Positions 20,657-33,585 of a stretch of 64,000 nt of DNA are shown in pieces. Every line of letters begins with the position of its first letter. Position 1 is the first letter of the stretch. Source of the stretch: Mobula hypostoma (Eukaryota); assembly GCF_963921235.1 (NCBI RefSeq), contig NC_086108.1, forward strand, positions 18,414,001 through 18,478,000, written 5' to 3'. Position numbers and translations under genes: made by a program. The notes under the pieces are model-generated. The model was not told the DNA's origin and did not search any database. It saw nothing but the letters and a program-made list of their open reading frames with translations.

Positions 20657-22650
20657 TGTCATAAGCTGGTGGCTGGGAACAGACCGAAGTGCAAGACACA
20701 GACACTGAAGTACTAGGGACAGGACTAGGATACAGGGCGATGGCAAGTAAATGGACAGGAAAACCAGGAACCTGGAACAGGACTGAACAAGAGAGCTAGG
20801 AGCCCGGGCTTGAACTCCGAGCCAGAGACCGGACAAGGACTCAGTACCTGGGTCTTGCCTCTGGCTCGGACCCCAGACTAGGAAAGGACAAGGCTTGGCA
20901 GGCAGGCAGGACGAGGCTGGAGTCTCCAGGCTAGAAGCTGGAGGCGAGAGACTTGGCTTGGCAAGAGGCTCAAGGCGAGAGACTTGGCTTGGCTTGGCAA
21001 GAGGCTCGAGGCTGGAGTCTACAGGCTCGAGGCTAGGCAAGAGACAAGGCGAGGCTTGACAGGAGGCTGGAGACTTGAGACTAGGGGCGAGGCGGGGCGA
21101 GACGCGAGGCTGGAGACTTGAGACTAGGGGCGAGACGCGAGGCTGGAGACTTGAGACTAGGGGCGAGGTGGGGCGAGACGCGAGGCTGGAGACTTGAGAC
21201 TAGGGGCGAGGCGGGGCGAGACGCGAGGCTGGAGACTTGAGACTAGGGGCGAGGCGGGGCGAGACGCGAGGCTGGAGACTTGAGACTAGGGGCGAGGCGG
21301 GGCGAGACGCGAGGCTGGAGACTTGAGACTAGGGGCGAGGCGGGGCGAGACGCGAGGCTGGAGACTTGAGACTAGGGGCGAGGCGGGGCGAGACGCGAGG
21401 CTGGAGACTTGAGACTAGGGGCGAGGCGGGGCGAGACGCGAGGCTGGAGACTTGAGACTAGGGGCGAGGCGGGGCGAGACGCGAGGCTGGAGACTTGAGA
21501 CTAGGGGCGAGGCGGGGCGAGACGCGAGGCTGGAGACTTGAGACTAGGGGCGAGGCGGGGCGAGGCTGGAGACTTGAGACTAGGGGCGAGGCGGGGCGAG
21601 GCTGGAGACTTGAGACTAGGGGCGAGGCGGGGCGAGGCTGGAGACTTGAGACTAGGGGCGAGGCGCGCGAGGCTGGAGACTTGAGACGAGGGGCGAGGCG
21701 CGAGGCTGGAGACTTGAGACGAGGGGCGAGGCGCGAGGCTGGAGACTTGAAACTAGGGGCGAGGCGCGAGGCTGGAGGCTGGAGGCGGGGTGAGGAGAGG
21801 CTGGAGGCAGGGCGAGGAGAGGCTGGAGGCTTGAGTCTTGAGGCGGGGCTTGGCAGGCTCCTCCTGGGCAGGGCGTGGATCACCACCCAACAGAGGCAAG
21901 GGACAGAACCAACCTCAGGTAACGGCAAGACGGCCTGGCTTACCTGAGCGGAAGCAAGGGACAGGAAGGGACAGAACCAACCCCAGGTAACGGCAAGATG
22001 GCCTGGCTTACCTGGGTGGAGGCAAGGGACAGGAAAGGAGCTAGGTACAGGGTGGCTCCAGGACCAGACAGCAAGACAAGACAAGGCAAGGCTACTGGCA
22101 AAGCAGGGCAAGATGAGAACTTCAGGCGAGGCGAGAGTTACTGGCAAGACAAGGCAGGACTTCAGGCGAGGAAACAGAAGGCAGGGGAAGGGATACAAGG
22201 AGTAAGGACAAGAACGATCTAGCCTCCACGCCCTGCTCTCTGGAGGTATTTATGCAGCCAGCCCCAACTAGCATCAGCTGCCTCAATTAGCTCAACAAGG
22301 ACAGAAACAGGGTAAATAGGAAAACCTGGAGCAAGGGTCGATGGACCAGACCGTGAACCGGAATACGGACTTCACGGACCGGACTATGACACTATGACAG
22401 TACCCACGCCCCCACCCCCCCACGGGAGCCTCCGGGCGACCAAACAGGGTATCCAGACTATGGACGACCCGGGCAGGTGGGAGGGTATGTAACAGAAAGG
22501 AACCCCGGGTGCAAGAGGAAAACGACAGTGTCTGTGTCGCTGGGTCCATGGTTGGCTGGATCGTTCTGTCATAAGTTGGTGGCTGGGAACGGACCTAAGT
22601 GCAAGACACAGACACTGAAGTACTAGGGACAGGACTGGGATACTAGGGAC
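20657..22650 (-). mobile_element. Miniature non-autonomous Tf1/sushi-type Gypsy element: 3' LTR 20657-22399, internal 22400-22566, partial 5' LTR 22567-22650
   Basis: TGTCATA...TATGACA termini; LTR start repeated at 22567; internal part has GAACGATCCAGCC PBS, ATG GAC CCA GCG (MDPA gag start at 22549) and a G-rich PPT next to the 3' LTR. Confidence 0.85.
21063..21780 (+). repeat. 43-bp GC-rich minisatellite (with 33-36-bp variants) inside the LTR
   Basis: Unit GAGGCTGGAGACTTGAGACTAGGGGCGAGGCGGGGCGAGACGC, about 10 near-perfect copies followed by shortened units. Confidence 0.95.
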
Positions 22651-22654
22651 CATT

Positions 22655-23600
22655 TATTCTGCTTCTCTTTCCTCAAAGCCTCTTTATATGTTAGATCTGG
22701 CTTTACTCCATGCACTTCTTTCACTGCTCTATTGCTCTGGGTCCCATCCCCCTTGCAAATTAGTTTAAACCCTCCCGAACCGTGCTAGCAAACCTAATTG
22801 CAAGGATATTGCTCCCCCTCGAGTTCAGGTGCACCCATCCAATTTGTACAGGTCCCACCTTCCCCAGAGGAGATCCCAATGATCCAAAAATCTAAAACCC
22901 TGCTCCCTGCACCAACTCCTCAGCCACGCATTCAACTGCCATCTCCTCCAGTTCTTACCATCACCATCACGTAGCACTGGCATCAATCCTGTTCTTCAGC
23001 CTTCTGCCTAGTTCCCGAAACTCACACTTCAGGACCCCATCCCTCTGCTTGCCTATGTCATTGGTACCAACATGTATCATGACTTCTGGCTGTTTTCCCT
23101 CTCGTACCAGAATGTCGTGCACCCGGTCAGAGACATCCCCGACCCTGGCACCCGGGAGGCAACAAACCATGTGGGTGTCCTTCTCACGTCCACAAAATCT
23201 TCTGTCTGCTTCCCTGACTATAGAGTCTCCAATGACGACAGCTCTCCTCTTCTCCGTCCCACCCTTCTGCTCCACTGGGTCAGACTCAGTGCCGGAGGCT
23301 CTGCCACCATGGCTCACACCTGGCTGGTCATCCCTGCCAACAGTATCCAGGACGGTAAACTTATTATTCAGGGGAATGGCTACAGGGGTGCTCTACACTA
23401 CCTGTCTGCTCAACTTCGCTTTCCCCCCTCTGACTGTCACCCAACGACCTGCTTCCGACAGCCTAGATGTGACTACCTCCCTGTAGCTCTCATCTTTGAC
23501 TGCCTCATTCTCCCTTATGAGTCGAAGGTCATCCAGCTGCTGCTCCAGATTCCTCACATGGCCTTCCAGATCGCCCAGCCGTATGCACTTCTGGCAGATA
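22655..23600 (-). mobile_element. CR1 ORF1 fragment (SGNH/GDSL esterase domain)
   Basis: RRAVVIGDSIVR..VCCLPGARV.DV..PEVMIHVGTNDIG in ORF 22967-23317. Confidence 0.88.
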
Positions 23601-23628
23601 TTTCACACAAAGAATCATTTACATCTGG

Positions 23629-23787
23629 TCAGGATATCCTTACTCACTCACAGTTAGTCCTGACGAAGGGTCGCAGCCTGAAACATCGACTGCACCTCTT
23701 CCTAGAGATGCTGCCTGGCCTGCTGCATTCACCAGCAACTTTGATCTGTGTTGCTTGAATTTCCAGCATCTGCAGAATTCCTGTTAG
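23629..23787 (+). mobile_element. Penelope pseudo-LTR short insert
   Basis: 10-bp TSD TTACATCTGG (23619-23628 / 23788-23797); same sequence family as 15691-15822 and 45058-45201. Confidence 0.85.
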
Positions 23788-26700
23788 TTACATCTGGAAT
23801 TGGTTGTGATGTAGGTGGTGACCTCACAATATTGAAGTTAACTATTTGAATAATCATAAGGCTGCAGAGTAAATGCAGGTAAATGGGACTTGTGTAGATC
23901 AGAGCTTATGGTCGTATAGTCAAGGGGCTCTCCTCTCTGCTTTAAGACTCCATGATGTGTAAACTAGAGCCCAGAATTGTGAATAATGTCCCTGTACATA
24001 TGAGAGACAAGATCCCTTCTGGTGCTTTCCCCCTCATACCTCAGTGCTCAGCATAAAAAGGAGCTTGCTGGGGCCATTACGAATGGGTACACTGATGGGA
24101 GGTGATGAAGGAAAGTGGATGAGGCTCCGGTGAAGCAGAAACATTGTCGTTGATCAACTAGGGCAAATGGTCTGTAAAATACAATGTAACTCAGTGTAAT
24201 TACACCTCAGTGTTTCTCTGTGTTACAGTCACTGTAGCAAACTAAATCACCAGCGCTACTATTCTAAAATACAGAGAGAAAAATCAGTAAAAATATTGAA
24301 AACACAAGCACTGAACAGATTAAATGGAGAAGTGCCCATCAGCCATCTATAGAGTCCCATGACCCAATCAGAACTGTTTTATTAATATTCAGTGCTTCAG
24401 GGACTAAATTACTTCAGCCACCAAGGAGCTAATGGTCAGTGAAACCAAGGTATCAGTCAGCATAAGCCCTGTGTTTAAACACTTCCATCATTTGTAGAGA
24501 AAGAAGTATGTGTGTGTGTGTGTGTTTTTTTTTTGTATAAATGCATTGGTGTATCCTGAACGTGTTGTTGTGTGTCTTCTGTGTGTCTTAGCGTGTCTAC
24601 AGATGCAGATGTGTGCCTGCATGTATTAGCTAAAATTGGGATGGACTCTCCTTACCATAAAATAATAGGCTTCTCAGTGAGAGACTGCCAAGAGACATTT
24701 ACCAGTTCTGGTCAAATGATGCCATTTAAATTTTGACTAATGTCCCCAGTGCACGTTAATCTGCCTGCTCTCAGACACCAGATTGATTCTGCTTTCTGCC
24801 CCATATACTTAGCTTGCCATTGTGAAGCAATAATTTGTTGTAATAGGCTGTTTGCAGAGTTGTTCCACCATGACCTTTTGTGAGAGGGCTTGCAGGATAC
24901 GTTCCTTTTTAAAGGGACAGAGTCTCCTTGTCAGACAGCATGAAGTGATGTCAGCACAAGACAAAGGATGGAGGTTCGAGGTGCAACCTGCCCACATAGA
25001 TATAATGAACAGGGCCCCAACAATATGAGCAACAACTTCATTGCTGCTGCATTACTCCTGACACCTGTCTCAGACTGCAGGGAGCTCAGTGTATTACTTC
25101 ACATCAGGAAATACTTGGCCCCTCTCACCCACAATATCTGGCACCACAGTAACTGAACAGACCTAGGGTGTCTATCAAGTTGAACTAGCTCCTCACCATC
25201 CCCATGTGGAGTTGGGCTTCAACCTGCAAAGCCATGAGGTGATGCAGGGTTGGGGTGTGTGTGCAGCCCCACAGGGAAAGGAAAGGTTGAGCCTTTACCT
25301 TTACCTACACTATTTATCAATCAGCTCAAAAATACACCCACATTTACTCATTGGAACTGCTCCAAGAGCACCAAGGAGAGGCCTCAATGATTTCTCTTTC
25401 ATTGAGTTTTTAGTGATATTGCTGGCAAGACCTGTATCTCATTCTTGTCCCCAAATCTCCCTTGAGAAGATGATAGAGTAAACTGCTGCACTGCAAAGGT
25501 GCTCCTGCAGTGCTGTTGGGGAAGGCCTTCTGAGGTTTAGACACAGTATCAATGAAGGATCATAAAATAACTTTAAACTGGGAAAGTGTGTGACTTGGAG
25601 GAGAATCTGGGTGAGTGACAGAGCACACACTGCAGCTATTGTGTATTAGTGATGGAGGGAATTACTATTTCAGATGGATAGGATGCCAGTCAGGTGGGCT
25701 AATTTGTCCCACAAGGTTCTTGAGAGTTGATGGACCTACACTGATCCAGGTAAGCAAAGAATGTTCCATCATACTCCTGGCCTCCTCTGCTGATGGTGGA
25801 AAAGGACTGGTGTATCAGGAGGTGAGTCATTCATCATGCCTCTGTCTTTATTTGGCTCTAGGATGTTGATGATAGTGATGAATGCTTTCTCTCTGTCCCT
25901 CACTTCATTCAGCAGCTGGTTCTCCATGTCACGGTGGGACCATCATCCAGCTCCTGCTGAAACCCGTCTCGATGCCAGGCCTGCAGGGACTGGTCCTGGC
26001 TCTCCTCTCCCATGCTCAGTAGCACAAGGTTCTGAACCCCAAAGGCTTGACAAGTACCAGGGACGGATGGAAGGCCTTTAGCTTAGTAACCCTGTGTTCT
26101 GTCCATAGCCTCCTTGCCTTCTTGCAGAAGAAACAATCTATGTCTGTGTGATATCAACAAGTCCCCTCCAGACCCCAGCAGAACCTGTTGCAAGACCCTC
26201 TCACAGTCAAGATGTGTGATACAAAGGCCCAGAGGGAGAAGGTTGCTGAATGTAATCACCTGCACCACCTTTCCTTTGCGTAGTGTGTGGGGTTGGTCCA
26301 TGCATTACTAGTAAAGGGATTTACAGTGTTTTTTTGTGTGTTAACTACATGTACAAATATTGCTGTGGTGTTTAACATTAAATGAAATGCTTAGTTTCAT
26401 TGAAAGAGGTAGCAATTAAGGAGAAAGGGCGTGGACACCAAAGGCCAACTCAGGAACCATCCATTCCGCAAATGTGTCTGCATTGGCTTTGTGGCTCTGG
26501 GCTACGGTTTAAGGTTCATTTCAGAGATCAGAGCATGTGATTTAGAAGTCACGGCAGTGCAAAGTTGAGAGGGCTGGCTCAAGAGACTAAATGGTAGACT
26601 CCTGCCTTTATGATCCTGTATTCCTGCAGAACATTACGTCCAACAATCCAGCACCATGAGTAAGAGGTCTCCAATGAAAAAAAAAACAGAAGGAAACTGA

Positions 26701-27559
26701 CTCATCACAAGTAAGCATTCAGTGCAAATGTGGCTGATCTACCCCAGGCCTCATTTCCCCATCTGTCAGATCCTCATAACCTTCAATTCTCTGACCCTTG
26801 AAAATGTATCCACCTCCAATTTAAATCCAACACTGTGGCTGACATCTCTAAGATTTATCATCATCTGCAAGAAAAATTGTCTATGTACCTCAGTTTTAAA
26901 TGACCAGCCTCCTGAAACTCTGTCCCCTTGTTCAGGATTCCACCAAACATTTGGGCTTTGCAGCTCCTACATCTCAGTAGGTTACAACAAATATAGTTGT
27001 AGAGTCATACTGCACAGAAACAAGCCCTCAGCCCAACTGGTCCAGGATGCCCATCGAAGCGAGTCCCATTTGCTCATGTTTGGCTTATATCACTCCCAAC
27101 CTTTCCAATGCACATACCTGTCCAAGTAGCTTTTAAAGGTTGTTAATGCACCTGCCTCAACTATTTCCTCGGCCAGCACATCATACAGTATATACTGACC
27201 ACCTTAGCTTCCTATAAAATCTTTCCCCTCTCACTTTAACCCTATATCTTCTAATTCTTGATTCCCTAACCCTAGGGAAAAAGTCTGTATATTCTCCTCA
27301 TGATTTTGTAAGATCACTCTTTCTTCTCCTACGCTCTAGTGAACTACTGTAAGTCATTCATAACTTTAGTGAAGCAATAGGTCTAGGGTATAGATAGCCT
27401 TCAGTAAATCCTGTACAATGCCGGGGCAACAGGAAATGGTGAATTTGAACTGTTACAAAGCTATTTCTGCAGGACCATTTTAAATATTTCATCAGTATGA
27501 TTTCCTGACTGTTGATACTGCTGACATTTGCTGTTCTCTCAGATGTTTCTTTCTCCCTG

Positions 27560-27810
27560 CAGACCAATGGCAGCTGGCAAGATGCAGCCACTCCATCCTC
27601 AGTGACTTCACCAACAGAAGGGCCTGGAAGTGCCCAGTCTGATACCTCCAATTGATCTCCTCACAACAGGGCATCATGACAACCAATGAGCCAATCAGAC
27701 AAAGGGAAAGGAGGAGGGGTGGAGGATGTCCAGGGGGAGGGGTGGGTCAGTGAGCCAACTCAACTAAACACCCAATCAGCTTTCTGTTTTTAGTGGGTGA
27801 TGGCCAATTG
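27560..27810. promoter_or_regulatory. Candidate CCAAT/GC-box promoter or enhancer
   Basis: CCAAT at 27564, 27648, 27683, 27691, 27772 and 27804 on the same strand, plus GGGGGAGGGGTGGG at about 27733-27746, in non-repetitive sequence. Confidence 0.4.
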
Positions 27811-30599
27811 AGACAGTCCTTTCAGTCTTTTCTCTGTCCGGGTACAGAAGTACTGGCCTGGATAAATCCAACTCCAAACAACTCTGAAGAAGCTTGACAC
27901 CATCCAGGACAATGCCGCCCACTTGAATTGCACCCATCTACCACCCTAAATGTTCATCCCTTCTGCAGCCAGTGAACAGTGCCTGCAGTGTGCACCATCT
28001 ACAAAATGCATGGTGGCTACAATGTGCACCATCTTCAAGAGGTACAGCAATTAGTGACCCAATCTACAGCAGCTGTACTTCCCAAACCTACTGAGAAAGT
28101 AGGTGCCTGGGAAAACTCTTTGGGTTGATTAAGAAGACTTTCTGGTGACATTGTGTACTGGGCTGCAGGTATTATATGACCTTTGCCTCTCACGACTGGC
28201 CTACAGTTTGGTCCTTCCTCTTTGCCAGCAAGTGACTCATTGGTTTTGCTGACAATAAGATGCTCTGGTCCTGCCTGTCCTTAAAGCTTTTCTCAGCAGT
28301 GAGACCCTCCTTAACAACCAATGGGACCTTGCACTGTCAGTGACCTGGAACACATTGTGTTATCCCTCTGTGCCTGGATGCTGGCCAGTATCCTGCAGTA
28401 CAGCTGGTTTGTAGCCAACCTCTGCTCCCAAGCCCAACAATTCTCTCTTTTGACTTCGGCTAAACATAGGATCAAACCCCCTCCGATCACCTTCCCCCTC
28501 CTCCAACATTTGCTATTTACTCAGAAGTAGTGCAGGAAAGCGGAAGCAGAGGCATGGCATCTGCAGTTAGTGCTGTGACAGTCGCAGAGATGGGGTTGGG
28601 TGGATAGGCAGTGAGGTGGTTTACTTCTTCTGATACTTGTGCGGAGCCTCTGTGTGCTCCCATTTGAATATTCCTTCCCTGCTGAGACCAGTGATGGGCT
28701 AAAGATTCCCAGTAGATACTGCACCAATGTCATGTCGTCAAACACATCCACCAAGACCATCAAAGTAACCAAATAAAAGGCAAGCGAAAGGACAGAAAGG
28801 ACATTTAAAGGTTAAAAACATTAGACGTAGGTCTCCTTGCAGCTTTACAGAAATGTTCCTCACACATTTCCCCACCCCAGAGTTAATTTTTGCAGCAATC
28901 GTTCGAACATTTAAGTGTGAATGTTCTTGTACAGGGGACGGGGGAGGGAAAAGACAGGAGGGGAGTGGGTTGGGAGAGGGTGGGGAGCTAAACAATGAAC
29001 CAAAAATTGTCATGAATACCACGTGTAATTCTGACTCTCACTGGCATGTGAATCCAATCTGACAGTTGTTTGCCAATCTCTGTGTCACAAGTGGAATTCT
29101 GTCCTACTAGCAGTGCTCCATTTCTATGTGAATCTCTTGCTTGTGTTGAACAACCCACATTTCCGATAGCTTCTTGGGTTTAGTGGTGACTGAGTGGAGG
29201 ACTTTGGGTTCCCATTGTTTTTATCTTGTGCTCACGACTAACTCCTTAGGTGATGTGGAAAGCAGCAACTTCACTGAAGTATGATTGACTGTGGGTTAAG
29301 AGGCTCTGAATTCTTAGCATTGTAACCCCTAGAATTTTGCTTTCTTCTGCTCTCTCCAATTTTCCACAGTGCACACATTACAGACAATCCCATAATCTTG
29401 CCCATTATGGCTACTTTTTTGGGTCAGCCATCTGCCGAGTCTACTGAAGTTCAGACAAGTTAAACAAGGCATATTTGTTTTATACTAGAAATTCCACAGA
29501 AAACAGAAATGGAGCAGAGGAAGGGGAAACTGTTCAGCAAGCTACGGCTGGAGGTGGAGAAAGATTGCAGGGAGTTGGGCAAGGGGTCATAGTGGGAACC
29601 TCAACTGTCAGACTGGGAGCATGCAGCAGCAGGGTTACAGTAGCAGTGGGAAAAGTAAATACATCAGGACCATGGAGAGCTGCCTCAGAAGCCCTCTGCT
29701 TTACACATCACCTTTCACAAGAAGCTTCCAAAGTGCAAGCAATTATATTTTATTCTTCTGGTACAATTAAGAAGACAGGTTTAAATTAATTTTGAGTGGG
29801 AGTGCTTATTATTTCAGAAGAATCGTGTAACATTAGCATGTTGTTTTTCAGTGTATAATACCACAGAGATGATCTGCTTTTATTTTCTCACTGCAATAGA
29901 ACCATTTGTAATTAATTTAAATTCTTTGTATTTTCATGTTCAGCAGTCAATACTGGGTAATGCATCATTTTGAACTACAAATAATGCCAGGTTAGGGCAC
30001 ACACGGTAATGAGGTGTAGGTTTGTTGGGCTTTGAATTTGTATTTGTTAATGCATAATGCAAATAAATTGTTCCACTTGTTGCAAACAGCTGGTGTGCTG
30101 CTGGTTATTGATATAGAATGAATGCAGTGTGGAGTGAATAGAACAGTACCCTGTCCCACACTCATGCTATAAAACCTATAACAACTCTTTGTTAAAGGGA
30201 ACTCAAGTCTTAAGAGTTCTAAACCTTAAACACTCTGGTTCATGAGAAGATTGATGAGCATGAGCAGCTCTTTCTTCCATTAGGAAGTACCATCCTGGCC
30301 ATTCCTTTTTTCCCTTTCCACCTTCTGGGAGGAGATATTGGAACTTGAAAGCCCAGATGACCAGAATTAAGACAAGATTCATTTCCCACTGCTACCTAAT
30401 TCTTGAACCACCCCGCTTTTCACATCCCCTTCCCTGTGTTGCAGGCACATTCTCAAACCCTTAATTCTATCTCTTCCATTGTGGCACCATACCATTTCCA
30501 CTTCAATTTACATAACTGTATTTTGCACCATTCCTTTGTTTTGTCCTCAACAACATGTATATGATGTAGTTCTTGTTCTGTCTTTCCATTCATCAAGCT

Positions 30600-32070
30600 T
30601 ATGGCTTATCTTCTACTTCAGCTCCAGATTCCCCATATCCCTTAATATCAGAAGCCTATCAATCTCTGCTTGGAACTAACTCAGTGACTGAGTCCTCACA
30701 GCCTATAGGGGTTGAAAATTCTCAAGATTCACCACTCACTGAGTGAAGAATCAGCCAACCTCTTGCTCTGAGACTCGATCATATCCTCCACTACTCAGGG
30801 AAACATCCTTTCTTCATCCAGCTATTCAAGCCCTGTAAGAATTCTGTAAGCTTCAATGAGATCTCCTCTCATTCTCCTAAGGTTGCTCAAATTCTCCTCA
30901 TTTGATAAACGCATCATCCCAGGAACCAGACTGATGAATCTTTGATGAACTCTCTCTGTGGTAAGTAGATCCTGACTCAGATGCGAATCTAAAACTGTAC
31001 ACAGTCCTCCAGTTGCGATCTTTCCTAGATCTAATAACATTGTAGAAAGGCATTTTCACTCTATTACTTAGATCCTCCTGCAATAAATGCCAATATAAAT
31101 CTTGCCTTCTGAATTACCAGCTATAATTGCATGTTGGTTTTCAGTGCCTTGTGCACAGGTTCCTTTGAATTTCAACATCTACTAGTGTGCCACCATTTTA
31201 AAAACACTGTTTTTCTGTTTTGTGCACTCAAAAAAAGTGGGGAAAAAAATCTGCTGAAGGAACAAGTGGGTTGAGCTGAATCTGAGGGAGAAAAGGAATT
31301 GTCAACATTTCGGATTGAAACCCGCATCAGGATAAGGTGAAACTATGAAGTAAATGGCAGGATCTTTGATGCACAGAGATTTTGAGGTCCAAGTCCATAG
31401 CTCCCTGAGAGGGGCAATGAAACTAGATAGAGTGGTAATGAACGTATATGGCATACTAGCCTTTGTCACTAGGGGTATCGAGTGTATGGGTCAGGAAGTC
31501 ACTTTGCAGTTGTAGAAAACTTTGGTTCAGATGCACTTCAGTTATTGTAAGCAGATCTGTTCATTTTATTGCAGCAATGATGTGGAATCTTTGGGAAGGA
31601 CATAGGGAAGTTCACCAAGATATTGCCTGGATTCAATGGTTGAGCTGTAAGGAGAGACTGGACAAACTTAGGTTATTTCCTCTGGAGCATTGAGAGAAAT
31701 TGACAGAAATTTATGAAATGATGATAAGCATAGATAGGGTAGGTAGTTGAAATCTTAATTCTAGTGTCAGATATGAGAGGGCATAGCTTTAAGGTAAGAG
31801 GGGGAAAGTTTAAAAGATTTGTGCTGAGCAAATTTTTAAATGGAGCATGCCAGGTGCCTGACATGGACTGCCAGGGATAGTTGTGGATGCAGATACAGTA
31901 CTGATGTTCAAATGGCTTTTGGATAGACACATGAATATGCAAGAAATGGAGGGTTGTGCATCAAGTTCAAGTGGAAGAGATTTAGTTTAATTTGGCAACA
32001 TAATTGGCATAGATATTGTGGGTCAAAAGGCCTATTCCTGAATTCCTGGGCTGTACTGTACTATGTTCTA
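30600..32070. mobile_element. Two decayed CR1 3' fragments (minus about 30600-31230, plus about 31340-32070) flanking a degraded Penelope pLTR remnant
   Basis: ERVHQRFISLVPG..RRMRGDLIEAYRIL (minus); KERLDKLRLFPLEH and CR1-like tail (plus). Confidence 0.7.
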
Positions 32071-33585
32071 TACTCTCTAACCCACCTAGAATCCCCAAAA
32101 TCCTTCTGATATTCCCTCTCATTGTGCCAGCCTCCTATGAGTGTTAACAAGTCTAACTTAAGCTTTTCTTCTCATACAAGTCTCTCATCCCAGGACTCAG
32201 GCTGATGAACCAAGACCTAGGATTCCCTCCTTGAATGCAGAAACCAAAACTGCACACAGTGGAGCAACTGTGGCCCTAGCATAGGCTTGCTTTCTCTCAG
32301 CATGTCTTGCCTCCAAAATCCATTGTACCAATGATCATAATAACACTGGCTTTGCTGATTGCCTGTTGGCACTGCAGTTACCTTCTGTGCTCATAGCTCT
32401 CTCTGCACACCACACATTATATTGTTGCTTGAATAGGAGTAGTAGAATCTCATTGCTAGATGGAGGCTATTTTCCCATTATATCTGTGTTACCTCTATAA
32501 TAATAGCTGCCTTGTTAGTCCTGGGTCTCTGCTCCTCCAAAATCCTTCAAGTTTGCCTACTTAATTATTAAGGCTCATTGTCTCAATACCTCCAGTTTGC
32601 AGGAGAGCAATCCCATCGTTTGGTTTACATCTTCTCCTTATTTCCCTGTTCCCCTGAAACTGTTTTCTACTCCCTTTTGATTCATCTTGAATTCAACTGT
32701 ACACTAGGGGCAAATTACAGCAGCCATTAAACCTAGCATGGCCAAGCATGGGATATGAAAAGAAACTTTCATGGACACAGGGAGAACTCACAAATTTCTT
32801 TCAGCCAAAACTTGAGATCAGGATTGATCCTGGGCCTTGATTAGACATAACTTGGGGCTAGGTGGAGCCTTGTAACTTACTTTGAAGTGTTACCCTGGCT
32901 AATAGTGCAAGAGATGGCAAATCTGGGGAGACCAGGGAGATGTCAAGATAAGGGGACTGACAGATGGGAGATCAGATGGGAGATTGGTAAACTGGGGTTG
33001 GAAATGACACTCAGTGTTTGTGGAGTGATCAGTGTTGAGGTTGGTAGGGAGATGAGAGAAACTACCCAGGAAGGGAGATAGAGAATGACACTTGGAATTG
33101 GAAATGGGATGAGTATGGGAATGCCATGAGATTAGGAAGAGACAAGGATTAACAGCAGTGGAAAGAGTTCAGAAATGGCCCGGATTCAAGAGGGGGAGAA
33201 AGGATATGACAGTAATGATGGGACAACCCCATGACAGTGGCAGTGAACAAAATTGGGAGAGGAGGGCTTAGGGAATGCCATGAGAATTTGGGAGGAATTC
33301 AAGCTCAGGAACAGATTGTGGTCAGGAATGAAAATTGAGACTGGAGAGAGAAGGATTTAAGGACAAAAAGAGGAGGAAATGGGGAATGGGTAAAGGTGGG
33401 AAGAGGGGACAATCAGAACAGTATGGGGTCAAGAATGGCTTTGGATTTGGAATGGGACACAATGAGGAAAGGAGAAAGCATGATGACCTTTTCTGTGGGA
33501 TGAGGAGGGGCACTTGGAATACTACATGAGCAGAGGCTATAGGAGTGTTTGCACGTTGGGGAGGCGAGAGTGCTTCAGCCAAAAA

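Noticed and set aside
21063..21780. CRISPR-like array
   Set aside because: Head-to-tail repeats without unique spacers, in eukaryotic LTR context, with no cas genes.
21458..22222. Repetitive Pro/Ser/Arg-rich ORFs (also 41740-42546)
   Set aside because: Translations of LTR minisatellites.
25836..26081. Exon-like GC-richer stretch with acceptor-like and donor-like motifs
   Set aside because: No frame gives a recognisable or convincingly bounded exon on either strand.
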